A stretch of 64,000 nt of DNA, from contig CAVYXA010000003.1 in NCBI GenBank assembly GCA_963772365.1, positions 448,001 through 512,000 of the forward strand, written 5' to 3'. The position numbers were made by a program, and so were the translations under genes. This DNA comes from an uncultured Verrucomicrobiae bacterium (GTDB lineage Bacteria > Verrucomicrobiota > Verrucomicrobiia > Chthoniobacterales > UBA10450). The notes under the pieces are model-generated. The model was given only the letters and a program-made list of their open reading frames with translations. It searched no databases and was not told the DNA's origin. Positions 11,378 through 21,502 of the stretch are shown here, piece after piece (the stretch's first letter is position 1; each line of letters opens with the position of its first letter).

Positions 11378-11695
11378 ATGATTCATCACGTTGTTCTCTA
11401 CAAGCTCAGGCCCGAGGTCACGCCGGCGCGCGTCGAAGAAATGATGATGAATGCACGCATGCAGCTCCTAAAGATTCCCGAGGTTCTGAGCATCAAATGC
11501 GGCAAACGGGTCGATCCGGAATTGCCCTGGCCCTTCTTTATCGCGATCGATTTCGAATCCATGGACAAATACGCGATCTTTCGCGAGGACTCGATTTTTG
11601 TGAAATTTGTCGAGGAAACGATTAAACCGAACACAGCCGATTCGTTGACCCTCGATTTTGAGATGGACCCGGGCAAAGACGTCCGCTTTTCCTGA
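11378..11695 (+). CDS. Dabb (stress-responsive A/B barrel) family protein
   Basis: MIHHVVLYKL...KIPEV..G..DFES...LDF pattern, 105 aa. Confidence 0.75.
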   Translation: MIHHVVLYKLRPEVTPARVEEMMMNARMQLLKIPEVLSIKCGKRVDPELPWPFFIAIDFESMDKYAIFREDSIFVKFVEETIKPNTADSLTLDFEMDPGKDVRFS

Positions 11696-11746
11696 GAAGG
11701 CCGCGCATTCGTTGCTATTTGCAGCGCGGCGCGTAATCATCGACCC

Positions 11747-13651
11747 GTGCGGCTCGGTTATCTCTATTCCCGTTATCCGGTAATTTCCCAGACGTTTTGC
11801 GACCGGGAAATGCTCGCTATGGAGCGCCTCGGGTTTGATCTCGAAATCGGTTCGATTCATCCACCGCTGACGAGTTTGCGCCACGAACATATTGCGCAGT
11901 TGAGCGCGCCCCTTCGCTACGCGCCGCCGCAGAAAATCCTGTCGATCCGGGCGGCTCATGCCAGAAGTCGCGGTCACTGGCCTGGAAAACTTGTCGATCT
12001 TCACGAGCGCAAATATGGCGCGGTGGTGAAAGCGGAGCTGCGTGCGCGTAATGCGCTCTATTTTGCAGACCTTTTTCGGGATCGCGGTGTCGAGCATTGC
12101 CACGTCCATTTCGCTAATCGGGCCGCTCATACGGCAATGTTTTTGAAGGAGCTCTCGGGAATTCCGTTCAGCGTTACGGCGCACGGCCAGGATTTCATGG
12201 CCGATCTGGGCAGTGACGATCTCTTGCGCGAGATTTTCGATGCCGCCGAGTTCATCGCCGCGGAAACGGATTACAGCGCCGAACTTTTGCGAAAACGATC
12301 TCCAAATGCGGCTTCGAAAATCCACCGCGTGTATAACGGGATCGACCTCGATCGTTTCCCAATTTCATCAGTCGCGCCGCCGGCGAATTCGAAACCGCGA
12401 ATCGTCAGTATCGGCCGCCTGGTTGCCTTCAAGGGCTTCGAGCACTTGATCGATGCCTGCGCGGAACTGGTTGGTCGAGGCGACGACTTCATTTGCGAAA
12501 TCGTTGGCGACGGGCCGTTGCATCACGACCTGCAAAGGAAGATCGACAGTCTGGGCATCGGCGACCGCGTCGCTCTGCTTGGGGCGCTATCGCAGGATGC
12601 AGTGCGAGAGAAACTAAACCGGTCCGATTTGTTTGTGCTTGCTTCGACTGTGGATCAAAAAGGTGCCAGCGACATTTTTCCCACTGTCATTGCCGAGGCG
12701 ATGTCTGCCGCGCGCCCAGTCGTTTCCACAACAGTCGCTGGGATTCCCGAGCTCGTAATTGATGGCGAGACCGGACTCTTGGGACCTCCGGGTGACGTTT
12801 CTGCGCTCACTGCCGCGATCAGGTCAATGATTCGGCAACCCGATTTGCGAGTAGCGTGCGGGCGCGCGGGTCGTGCCCGGATCGAACAGCATTTTCAAAT
12901 CGAGCAGACGATACAACCGCTGGTGAAACTGTTCGAGAGGGCGTCACCGGGGAAGCTATCAGCTTCCCCTACAGGTGCGACGATTAGCGACGAGGCTGCG
13001 CAAGTGGCTTATCTGATCGATCGTTGGCCGGATCCGAAATTACTGCACCTCGAATCTGAGCTTGAAGAGATGCAGAAGCGAAATGTCCCCGTCATCGGCC
13101 TGGTTTGTGAATTCGATTGGATGGCGCGGATGTCGCCTCCGATGAAGCGACTTGCCGAGAGTCTGGAATTTTTGCCGGATGCCATGGTGATCGAGGCAGA
13201 ATGGCGCAGCAATCGTGACCTCGCCCAGGAATTGGAAGAAGGCCGGGCCACAGAAACAGAACGGCCACCAGCTGGAATTTTTTTGCGACAGGCCCGATTC
13301 GCTTTGATCCTGCGAAAGATGCTGACGCATAAAAAAATTTCGCACATTCATGCGACCAGCTCGCGAACTCTCGTTTGCACCCGGATCCTACAGCAAATTG
13401 TCGATCTTCCCATTAGCGCCACGATTGAACTGCACCCGGAATTGTCTTCGGGTTGGATTAAGCAAGCTTTGGAAAAATGTGTGGGAGGACGAGTAAGCGA
13501 CCGGAAATTGCTCCCGCCAAATTCCGGTTCGTTTCTCCTCGATAGAAGCAGCAGCTTCCGTTTGACCGCACGGACAAAACTCTGGCAGAAATGGGCGCAG
13601 CTGTTGCAGCAGTGGAGCAATCGAAAATCGAAAATCGAAAATCGAAAATGA
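11747..13651 (+). CDS. GT4 glycosyltransferase (WcaL-like) with C-terminal extension
   Basis: YP.ISQTF, HVHFAN, SVTAHG.D, GRLVAFKGF, EAMSAARPVV, GIPELV. Confidence 0.85.
   Translation: MRLGYLYSRYPVISQTFCDREMLAMERLGFDLEIGSIHPPLTSLRHEHIAQLSAPLRYAPPQKILSIRAAHARSRGHWPGKLVDLHERKYGAVVKAELRARNALYFADLFRDRGVEHCHVHFANRAAHTAMFLKELSGIPFSVTAHGQDFMADLGSDDLLREIFDAAEFIAAETDYSAELLRKRSPNAASKIHRVYNGIDLDRFPISSVAPPANSKPRIVSIGRLVAFKGFEHLIDACAELVGRGDDFICEIVGDGPLHHDLQRKIDSLGIGDRVALLGALSQDAVREKLNRSDLFVLASTVDQKGASDIFPTVIAEAMSAARPVVSTTVAGIPELVIDGETGLLGPPGDVSALTAAIRSMIRQPDLRVACGRAGRARIEQHFQIEQTIQPLVKLFERASPGKLSASPTGATISDEAAQVAYLIDRWPDPKLLHLESELEEMQKRNVPVIGLVCEFDWMARMSPPMKRLAESLEFLPDAMVIEAEWRSNRDLAQELEEGRATETERPPAGIFLRQARFALILRKMLTHKKISHIHATSSRTLVCTRILQQIVDLPISATIELHPELSSGWIKQALEKCVGGRVSDRKLLPPNSGSFLLDRSSSFRLTARTKLWQKWAQLLQQWSNRKSKIENRK
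13619..13646. repeat. Tandem heptamer (AATCGAA)x4 at the GT4/rfbA junction
   Basis: Four exact copies followed by A then the ATGA stop/start overlap. Confidence 0.9.
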
Positions 13652-14523
13652 AAAAAGCCATCATTCTCGCCGGCGGAGCCGGAACGCGGCTGTACCCGAT
13701 TACAAAGATCGTCTGCAAACAGCTTCTGCCGGTTTACGACAAGCCGATGATCTGTTATCCGCTGGCCACGCTGATGCTCGGCGGTTTGCGCGAGATTCTA
13801 ATTGTTTCTACGCCGAAAGATTTGCCAATGCTCCGCGATTTCCTTGGCGACGGATCGCAGTTCGGCATTCGGTTGGATTACGCCGAGCAGCCGAAGCCGG
13901 AAGGGATCGCGCAGGCGTTTTTGGTTGGCGCGAAATTTATCGGGAACGCCGGGGCGACGCTGATTCTAGGGGACAATATTTTTTACGGGAAACTGGATTT
14001 CTTCCGGCAAGCGCTGGGCATCGAGCGTGGCGCCTGCATTTTCGGCTATCAAGTGCGCGATCCGGAACGCTACGGCGTTGTTGAATTCGATTCGGCGGGA
14101 AAAGCCATCAGTCTCGAAGAAAAACCAAAGCGCCCCAAGAGTCATTACGCCGTGCCCGGTCTTTACGTGTATGACGAACGCGTTGTCGATCTTTGCCGGA
14201 CGCTGCGGCCGTCCGCCCGTGGCGAACTGGAGATTACTGATTTAAATCTGCTTTATCTCGAGCGAGGCGAACTAAATGTGAAACTGCTGGGGCGCGGCAT
14301 GGCCTGGCTTGATACCGGCACCCAAACCAGCCTGCTCGAAGCAGGGAACTACATCGCCACAATCGAGCATCGACAAGGGTTGAAGATTGCCTGCCTCGAG
14401 GAAGTTGCGTTTCGCATGGGTTTCATCAATCAAGCAGAACTTGCCGCAAGCATCGATCGTTTGCCCAAAGGCGAGTATCGAAATTATCTCCAGTTAGTAT
14501 GCCATGAAGGGCCGGTGTCGTGA
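13648..14523 (+). CDS. rfbA: Glucose-1-phosphate thymidylyltransferase
   Basis: ILAGGAGTRLYP.T, KQLLPVYDKPMI.YPL, LILGDNIFYG, SARGELEITD, GRGMAWLDTGT. Confidence 0.96.
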   Translation: MKKAIILAGGAGTRLYPITKIVCKQLLPVYDKPMICYPLATLMLGGLREILIVSTPKDLPMLRDFLGDGSQFGIRLDYAEQPKPEGIAQAFLVGAKFIGNAGATLILGDNIFYGKLDFFRQALGIERGACIFGYQVRDPERYGVVEFDSAGKAISLEEKPKRPKSHYAVPGLYVYDERVVDLCRTLRPSARGELEITDLNLLYLERGELNVKLLGRGMAWLDTGTQTSLLEAGNYIATIEHRQGLKIACLEEVAFRMGFINQAELAASIDRLPKGEYRNYLQLVCHEGPVS

Positions 14524-14636
14524 AGCGGTTTGGTTAAGGAGAAGCCGATCCACCAATTTGTTCTCGACCCATCGGCGTTTCTGCTTCTCAAAACGCGCTT
14601 TCGAGCCGAGACTTCACGCAACAGGAGGATGAACTT

Positions 14637-15422
14637 ATGCCACTCATTGAAGCTGTACGAGGATTGATCAGTTGGATCGTCCCGCTCGCCATTCTCGCCA
14701 TCATTATTTTGCCTCAAGCCATTCGCATCCTGCGGGAGTACGAACGCGGTGTCATTTTTCGCCTGGGAAAACTACTCGGCGCAAAAGGACCGGGATTGAT
14801 TTTCCTGATCCCGATTGTCGATCGAATGGTCCGCATGGATTTGCGCGTCGTTACCATCAATGTCGAGCGGCAGGAAATGATGACCCGCGACAATGTCCCG
14901 GTAAGTGTGGATGCCGTCGTTTATTTTCGCGTCGTCGATCCGCAGGCGGCCGTAGTGAAAGTGGAGAACTATCTCAAAGCGACATCGCTCATTGCCCAGA
15001 CGACGTTGCGCAGCGTAGTTGGCCAGGCGCCGCTGGATGATCTGCTTTCCCAGCGCGAATCGATCAATCAGACGCTCCAGGATATCATCGACAAACAGAC
15101 CGAGCCCTGGGGCATAAAAGTCACCGCCGTGGAAGTCAAGGACGTGGTGTTGCCCGACACGATGAAGCGGGCCATGGCCAGGCAAGCCGAAGCCGAGCGC
15201 GAGCGGCGAGCCAAAGTCGTGAATGCGGAAGGCGAGTTTCAGGCCGCGGAGAAAATGGTGCAGGCCGCCGCCATGATGAGCAAAGAGCCGATCGCGCTCC
15301 AACTTCGTTTTCTGCAAACGATGCGCGAAATCTCAGGGGAAAATAACACCACCACTTTTCTTCCCGTACCGATCGACATCTTGACGCCGTTCATCAAGAA
15401 GAACCAACCGCCAGCCGAATAG
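14637..15422 (+). CDS. SPFH/stomatin (slipin) family membrane protein
   Basis: EYERGVIFRLG, TRDNVPV.VDAVVYF, QTTLRSVVG, AEAERERRAK; GGAGG RBS upstream. Confidence 0.92.
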   Translation: MPLIEAVRGLISWIVPLAILAIIILPQAIRILREYERGVIFRLGKLLGAKGPGLIFLIPIVDRMVRMDLRVVTINVERQEMMTRDNVPVSVDAVVYFRVVDPQAAVVKVENYLKATSLIAQTTLRSVVGQAPLDDLLSQRESINQTLQDIIDKQTEPWGIKVTAVEVKDVVLPDTMKRAMARQAEAERERRAKVVNAEGEFQAAEKMVQAAAMMSKEPIALQLRFLQTMREISGENNTTTFLPVPIDILTPFIKKNQPPAE

Positions 15423-15540
15423 TGGTTCGTGGCAAGGCGAGCCGGCTCGCTCAAATGCAGAAGGCGGCCGGGGAGTCTTCTCAACTGCCAGCGGCGAACG
15501 AATCCTTGACGAGATTTCTTCCGCCCACACCGTGTAGATA

Positions 15541-15828
15541 GTGAATGTATCGAGATTTCCCTTCAGCCTGCGGGCCATCAAACGCATCATTATTTCCATT
15601 GTCGGTGGAACTGTGCTTCTGATCGGCATCGCCTTAATTGTTTTGCCCGGCCCGGCCTTCATTGTCATCCCGCTCGGGCTCGCGATTCTCGCTACCGAAT
15701 ATGCGTGGGCCAGACACTGGCTCCGCAAAGCGCGGGAGTACGCTTCCAGTTTCAATTCAAGACCAGCCCCACCGTCGCCGGCTCTGCATGAAGTGGAATC
15801 AGATCAGATGCCAAAATGGCGTCGGTAG
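15541..15828 (+). CDS. PGPGW-domain small membrane protein
   Basis: LIVLPGPA...GLAILATEY.WA. Confidence 0.75.
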   Translation: MNVSRFPFSLRAIKRIIISIVGGTVLLIGIALIVLPGPAFIVIPLGLAILATEYAWARHWLRKAREYASSFNSRPAPPSPALHEVESDQMPKWRR

Positions 15829-15838
15829 TTCGGGAACT

Positions 15839-16291
15839 ATGATCGTTTTAAGAGCAAAGGCCGAACACGCTCATGCGTTAACGAAGATCGCTTTCGCAGC
15901 GAAGCGTCACTGGCAGTATCCCGACAATTGGATTCGTCGCTGGGAAGGAGCGCTCACGATTACGCCTGATTACATCATCCAGCATCCGACATTCGCGGCA
16001 GTGGTTGACGGTGAGTTTGTCGGTTTTTGCGCGCTTCAGCTCGAAGCAGGCGCCGCGTTGTTGGATAATCTGTGGGTGCTGCCATCATTCATGCGGCGAG
16101 GCATCGGTCGCGCTCTGTTCGAGCACGCAGAAGTAATCGCACGAGCGAGTGGCGCCGCTCGTCTAAAGATCGTGGGCGATTCGCACGCTGAGCAGTTCTA
16201 TTCGCGCATGGGCGCGACGCTCTACGATCGGAAAACAGCAAGCATGGATGGAGAGGAGCGGTTTCTTCCGTTGTTGGAGAAGGCGCTATGA
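15839..16291 (+). CDS. GNAT-family N-acetyltransferase
   Basis: AKRHWQYP, LWVLP..MRRGIGRAL, FYSRMG; ATG at 15839. Confidence 0.85.
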   Translation: MIVLRAKAEHAHALTKIAFAAKRHWQYPDNWIRRWEGALTITPDYIIQHPTFAAVVDGEFVGFCALQLEAGAALLDNLWVLPSFMRRGIGRALFEHAEVIARASGAARLKIVGDSHAEQFYSRMGATLYDRKTASMDGEERFLPLLEKAL

Positions 16292-16372
16292 AACCAAAGC
16301 GGCCAAAAGGCGCCAGAGCCAATGCGCTAGAAGAAACCGAACGCCGCTCGGCTTAGCCCAATTTCCAAGATT

Positions 16373-16780
16373 ATGGCGCAACCAGATGAAGATCATCTCC
16401 GGCTCTTGTCGATCTTTCACTATGTAGTTGCCGGACTGGCAGGGCTCTTTTCTTTGTTCCCAATTTTTCACCTGATCCTGGGGCTCGTGTTCATTTTCGC
16501 TCCGGAAATTTTTGGCGACAAAGGACAACCGCCGCCGGCTTTCATCGGATGGTTCTTTGTGATTTTTGCGGCGATATTCATCACGACGGGCTGGGTGTTC
16601 GCTGGTTTTGTTTTTGCCACGGGCCGATTTTTGGCCAAGCGCAGACATTACATGTTCTGCCTTGTCATGGCGGCGGTAGAATGCCTTTTCATGCCATTTG
16701 GCACGGTGCTCGGCGTATTCACCATCATAATTTTGATGCGAGAATCGGTGAAGCCGCTTTTTCAACCGACTTCTGTCTGA
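16373..16780 (+). CDS. Hypothetical membrane protein
   Basis: HLRLLSIFHYV N-terminus, PFGTVLGVFTII..L.R.SV; 3-4 hydrophobic segments. Confidence 0.75.
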   Translation: MAQPDEDHLRLLSIFHYVVAGLAGLFSLFPIFHLILGLVFIFAPEIFGDKGQPPPAFIGWFFVIFAAIFITTGWVFAGFVFATGRFLAKRRHYMFCLVMAAVECLFMPFGTVLGVFTIIILMRESVKPLFQPTSV

Positions 16781-16806
16781 GCTTTTGTGGCCAGTTAAGC
16801 CGAAAG

Positions 16807-17526
16807 TCAGAAATGCAAAACTCGCGTCGGGCCGCGGGGATGGCTGGCAATGATTTGACCGTCTTTCATTTCGTGGATCCAATCGCACGCCTCGGCGATG
16901 GCGGGATTGTGCGTAGCCAGAAGCAACGCTTTCTCGCCTTGCTGGACAATTCCTTGCAACAACTCAAACGCCCGTTCGGAATTGTTTGTGTCCAGATTTC
17001 CAGTCGGTTCATCGGCCAAGATCACTGCCGGATCGTTTGCCAACGCGCGGGCAATGGCGACACGCTGTTGTTCGCCACCGGAAAGGTGTCGACTCGGACG
17101 TCGGATTTTCTCGCCCAATCCCACTGCATTCAATAGGACTGCTGCACGCTGTTTCATTTGTTCTTCGGAAAGCCGGCCCAGTTTGCGCATCGGGATCATC
17201 ACATTTTCCTGAGCGGTAAAATCCTCCATCAGGAAATGGAACTGGAAAATGAAACCGATCGATTCATTGCGCTTATGCGAAAGTTCGTTGTCCGCCAAAG
17301 CTGAGGTGGGCGCAGATCCGATTGAGACCTGGCCGGCATCGGGTTTGTCGAGCAGACCGAGGATGTAAAGCAATGTGCTCTTGCCGCAGCCGGACGGTCC
17401 CACCACGGCGTGGATGCTGCCCGGCTCAAGATCGAGGGATACACCGCGCAAAGCGTGGACGCGCTCCTCTTCTTCTCCGAGAAAGCGCTCGATGCCGCGA
17501 CAACTGAGGCAAGCTTCTCCGTTCAT
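16807..17526 (-). CDS. ABC transporter ATP-binding protein (LolD/MacB-type)
   Basis: GPSGCGKSTLL, LSGGEQQRVAIARAL, ADEPTGNLD. Confidence 0.92.
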   Translation of the reverse strand: MNGEACLSCRGIERFLGEEEERVHALRGVSLDLEPGSIHAVVGPSGCGKSTLLYILGLLDKPDAGQVSIGSAPTSALADNELSHKRNESIGFIFQFHFLMEDFTAQENVMIPMRKLGRLSEEQMKQRAAVLLNAVGLGEKIRRPSRHLSGGEQQRVAIARALANDPAVILADEPTGNLDTNNSERAFELLQGIVQQGEKALLLATHNPAIAEACDWIHEMKDGQIIASHPRGPTRVLHF

Positions 17527-17539
17527 ATCACAAACGGCT

Positions 17540-17611
17540 GTAGGGTGCGCTGTCCTCAGCGCATTGGTTCGAACATCCGTGGTGAATCCGCTGAGGACAG
17601 CAGACGCTACA
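17540..17611. repeat. Intergenic GTAG-family REP-like palindrome
   Basis: TGTAGGGTGCGCTGTCCTCAGCG...CGCTGAGGACAGCAGACGCTACA inverted repeat. Confidence 0.8.
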
Positions 17612-17677
17612 GCAAACTTGGCCGGTCATGGTTCATTCAATCGTTAATGGTTAAATCGTTAAATCGCTAACTGGGCG

Positions 17678-18916
17678 TCACACGCTCGAACCACGCAACG
17701 TCACAACCGGTGGAAGTTCCGCGGCACGGCGCGCCGGGACATAACTCGCAATAAAAACGGCGAGAATGGCAAGAAGCGTGGCCCAGAGATAATGATGCCA
17801 ATCCCACGTGACTAAAAAATAATCGGCATGAATCAAACCGCGGATATGAATTGGGATATGGGAGATCCCCCAGGTCATGAGCGCGCCGAAGATACAGCCG
17901 AGGAGTGATCCTGCGGCGGCGATGATCGCTCCCTGCCAGAGAAAAATCGCGGCGATGTCGATCCTGCGGTAACCCATAGAACGGAGGATCGCGATCTCCT
18001 TTACCTTGGAGAGAACAGACATTGTCAGCACGTTGAAAATGCCAAATCCAGCAAGCAAAATAATCAGCGAGACGGTCACGGCGGCGGAGATGCGCAGGGT
18101 CGTAAAGACTTGGAGAGTCGATTGGGTGCGTTCCTGCCAGCTTGCGGCCTCGTGCTCAAACAGCGCCTCGAAATGTTTGGCGAGCGCTGGCGCGCGCTGT
18201 GGATCGCGCAATTTATAAATGATGCTCGAGGCGGTGTATGGTTTTTGCAGCAATGTTTGCGTGATCCGGGCGTGAGCATACACGCGGGTCGAATCGATCG
18301 CGCCGATACCGGCTCGCGACATGGCCGCAACGGTGAACCGCCAATACTCGCCACTAGGCGAGAGCAATTGCACCGTATTGCCAATTCCCACGCCCAATGT
18401 TTCCGCCAGGCGCGTGCCAAGTATGACGGCCGAGGAGTTGTTCCGGAAATCATCAAAACTTCCGGCCACGATTTGATGAAGAAGATCGGTGGTTTGAGCC
18501 TGAAGGGCCGGTTCGATTCCGTTAAGATCGACAGTGGCGCTTTCAAATCCGGCGCGTGCGCTCACAGTTCCTCGAAGAAGTGGGCAACAGGAAACCACGT
18601 TTGAAAATTGCCGGCTCACCCGCATGATCTCGTTCGCGTTGGTGATTCCCTCGAAATAAAGGCGATGGGTAGATTTCTGCCTCGAATTTCGCGCATCAAC
18701 CATGAGCGGGTTGTAGCGCGGTCGGAACCGTTCCTGAAGAACCACCGCGCCGTTGCTTCCGATGGTTGAATCGATGAAATAACGGGCGAAACCCTGCGTC
18801 TGCGCTTGCGTGCTGATGAAAATCCCGACCCCAAAAACCACACCGCTCAGACTGAGAAGCAGAGCGCGCTTGCGATGAGTCAAAAACCGGAGCGCGATGT
18901 ATAATGGAGGGGTCAC
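17678..18916 (-). CDS. ABC transporter permease (FtsX/LolC-E/MacB-type)
   Basis: IALRFL N-terminus, periplasmic domain, EIAILRSMG, YVPARRAA.L.PV..LR. Confidence 0.88.
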   Translation of the reverse strand: MTPPLYIALRFLTHRKRALLLSLSGVVFGVGIFISTQAQTQGFARYFIDSTIGSNGAVVLQERFRPRYNPLMVDARNSRQKSTHRLYFEGITNANEIMRVSRQFSNVVSCCPLLRGTVSARAGFESATVDLNGIEPALQAQTTDLLHQIVAGSFDDFRNNSSAVILGTRLAETLGVGIGNTVQLLSPSGEYWRFTVAAMSRAGIGAIDSTRVYAHARITQTLLQKPYTASSIIYKLRDPQRAPALAKHFEALFEHEAASWQERTQSTLQVFTTLRISAAVTVSLIILLAGFGIFNVLTMSVLSKVKEIAILRSMGYRRIDIAAIFLWQGAIIAAAGSLLGCIFGALMTWGISHIPIHIRGLIHADYFLVTWDWHHYLWATLLAILAVFIASYVPARRAAELPPVVTLRGSSV

Positions 18917-20067
18917 CGCTGGTTTGCTCCCGGCATTTTGATTACCCGTTCGCGCACAGTTTGCCCGGGCCGGAATTTATCCAAATCGGTCACAATTACG
19001 CGGTCGCCCTCGGACAGACCGCTGATGATCTCCGAAAAATCGAGCGTCCGATATCCCACTCTTACGGTCCGCCGCCGAACGATATTATTTTTAATCACTA
19101 ACACTTGGTCGACAAGAAGAGCCCGGGTTGGCATGAGCAGCACGTCCTTGTGAGTACCGGTGATGATGTTCATCTCGCCGGTCATTCCAGCCATCAAATT
19201 GTCGGGGGGATCATCCATCTGAAGCACGATTGTATAACGCTGCGTTGTCGGATCGGCTGCCGGTTGAATCGAGGTCACGTGGGCATCGAAAGTTCGCGTT
19301 CGATACGCGTATAGCTGAATCCTGGCCGGCATTCCCGCTTTGACTTCGCCTACGTCTTCCTCGTTTACCTCACCCCGGACGTAATTCTTCCGCGATGAAA
19401 CGGTGAATAGTTCGTTGCCGTCCTGAACCAGCTCGCCGTCGATGGTAAGAACATTGGTCAACAATCCATCCATCGGCGAAGCGATCTCGGAGCTTTTCAT
19501 TTGCGCTTCGAGTTTCTTCACCGTCTGCTCGAGTTCTTCCAGATTTCGGTTGCGCTCGATCCGCTCGGTTTCGACTGCGCCGCGCAAACGATTCACTTCC
19601 GATTTCGCACGTTCATACTCGACCGTCGGCACATTGCCGGACGCGACAACTTTTTCAATCCGTTGTAGATTATCCTCCGCTGCTTTGAGCTGCTCCTCCG
19701 ATGGAAGCGGGAGCGCGGCTCGTTGCTGAGCCGCACTAAGATCGACACGCGCCTGTTTCAATTGCCGCGCAGTTGCTTCGTCGGCAATAGTCGCCAGCAA
19801 TTGTCCCTTTTGCACATTCTTGCCGATTGCTCCGCGGCCCGCTTCGAACGGTTCGGCCAGACGAATGAACCCGGAGTTTTGTGCCCGAACGTGAACCACG
19901 AACGACGGTTCGATCCGCACCGTTCCGTAAACAGCCGATATGGCCGTGCCGCGACGCACCTTCGCGACTTCGGCGACCGGCATCGTGAAATGGTACACGA
20001 TCGCGAACAGCACAATGAGCGCGATAACCCCGACCCATAAGGTTCTTTTTGATTCCGGCAATTTCAT
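18913..20067 (-). CDS. Efflux periplasmic adaptor (MFP) subunit
   Basis: N-terminal anchor, coiled coil, IASPMDG, VNEEDVGEVKAG, GLSEGDRV. Confidence 0.88.
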   Translation of the reverse strand: MKLPESKRTLWVGVIALIVLFAIVYHFTMPVAEVAKVRRGTAISAVYGTVRIEPSFVVHVRAQNSGFIRLAEPFEAGRGAIGKNVQKGQLLATIADEATARQLKQARVDLSAAQQRAALPLPSEEQLKAAEDNLQRIEKVVASGNVPTVEYERAKSEVNRLRGAVETERIERNRNLEELEQTVKKLEAQMKSSEIASPMDGLLTNVLTIDGELVQDGNELFTVSSRKNYVRGEVNEEDVGEVKAGMPARIQLYAYRTRTFDAHVTSIQPAADPTTQRYTIVLQMDDPPDNLMAGMTGEMNIITGTHKDVLLMPTRALLVDQVLVIKNNIVRRRTVRVGYRTLDFSEIISGLSEGDRVIVTDLDKFRPGQTVRERVIKMPGANQR

Positions 20068-20191
20068 CTCGGGTATGGCGACGTTCGACAGCGTACCCGC
20101 GGGAACGGTTCATCGAAAACTGCCCGTCGCGCGGGACCATCGTCACAAAAGCAACGATTAACGTCAATTGCTTCCCGTTGTTACTGAGAAG

Positions 20192-21502
20192 CTAATGACG
20201 GGGCTCTGCCTCTGAAAATTGAAAATATTGCCCTGTAGCGCGGTCCCATTCGGCCAGAGCGACATTGTACAAATAGTTCGCATTGAGCTGACCGCTCTTG
20301 GTTTCGAGATAGCCGTTTTCAGTGAGCCGATATTCCAGTGCAGAGGCTAGACCGCCGGCGAGGTTCTGTTCGACCGTGCGCGTGCTCTCTTCAGCAGCAA
20401 AGGTGGCAGAGGAAAACGATTTCTCACGCGCCTGGATTGCCAGCAAATCATTCCGAATGCGCAACAACTCGCGGGTCACATTCGATTCCAATTTGTGCAA
20501 CACGATCTCATTGATCTCGCGAACTGCGCGCTGCTTTCTTACCGCGCCGGTCACTTCGCCATTGTCAATGACTCGCCAGGTGTAAGCGGCTCCCTCCCGA
20601 GCTTCGGATGAAATCAGATCGTCCGTCCGGCGAGTAGATCCTTCCCGGTGGATTCCAGTGATAGGAACGTAATAACCGGTAAGACTTCCAGTTACAGCGG
20701 GATAATATGCTGCCTCGATGATGCGCTGGTCTTCATTCGCGGAGTGCACGAGAAGACGCGCCAGTTTGATATCGGCCCGATTTTCCAGCGCTGCTCTGGT
20801 TTCGGAATCAAGATCGACATCTTTTGGTGTGAATGCCAGTGCGCCCTCAGGATTGGGCAATTCGGTACCGGATTGCACATCGATGCCCATTTCTTCCGCC
20901 AGATTCAACCTCGCGTCGGCATAATCGCGTCGCGCGTCCTGGATTTCCGAATCCAATTTGTGCGCCTGCACGGTCGCGCTGGTGAATGCGCTGCGTTCGA
21001 CCAGCCCGGCTTCATACCGTTCTTTTTGGCTGGCAATGTTTTGATTCAAGCGCTGCTGCTGATCCTGGCGGAGCGATTCCAGCGAACGATTATAAAGTGC
21101 GGCGTAAAATGCCAACCGGGCGGCGTGGAGTTGTCCCACGATCGCGACGTTCAATTGTTGTTGCGCGATGAGAACATCGACGTCACCGCGTCGGAGCGAA
21201 GGAGGAATGGCCGCGTTAAACAATGGCTGCGCAAAGAAACCGCGTGCGAAGATAAATGCTTTCGTGCTTTCCCCTGCGCGCTTGCCGCCTTGAAGCCCGC
21301 CCGGAACATTCAACTGTGCCGTCGGCCACATGACGGAACGGAGAACAAGACGCTGTCCGGCGGCTTGTTCCAGATTGAGTTTTGCCCGTTGAATTTCCGG
21401 GTTTTTATCGAGCGTTGTCTGGAGAGTTTCTTCGAGTGTGATTGCATGGCTCGTGGCGACGCCAAAAAGAAATAGCACCAGAAACAGAACGCGTGGTCTC
21501 AT
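20192..21502 (-). CDS. TolC-family outer membrane efflux protein
   Basis: Signal peptide, ITLEETL...NPEI, QPLF, ERYEAG, YNVALAEWDRATG. Confidence 0.82.
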   Translation of the reverse strand: MRPRVLFLVLFLFGVATSHAITLEETLQTTLDKNPEIQRAKLNLEQAAGQRLVLRSVMWPTAQLNVPGGLQGGKRAGESTKAFIFARGFFAQPLFNAAIPPSLRRGDVDVLIAQQQLNVAIVGQLHAARLAFYAALYNRSLESLRQDQQQRLNQNIASQKERYEAGLVERSAFTSATVQAHKLDSEIQDARRDYADARLNLAEEMGIDVQSGTELPNPEGALAFTPKDVDLDSETRAALENRADIKLARLLVHSANEDQRIIEAAYYPAVTGSLTGYYVPITGIHREGSTRRTDDLISSEAREGAAYTWRVIDNGEVTGAVRKQRAVREINEIVLHKLESNVTRELLRIRNDLLAIQAREKSFSSATFAAEESTRTVEQNLAGGLASALEYRLTENGYLETKSGQLNANYLYNVALAEWDRATGQYFQFSEAEPRH

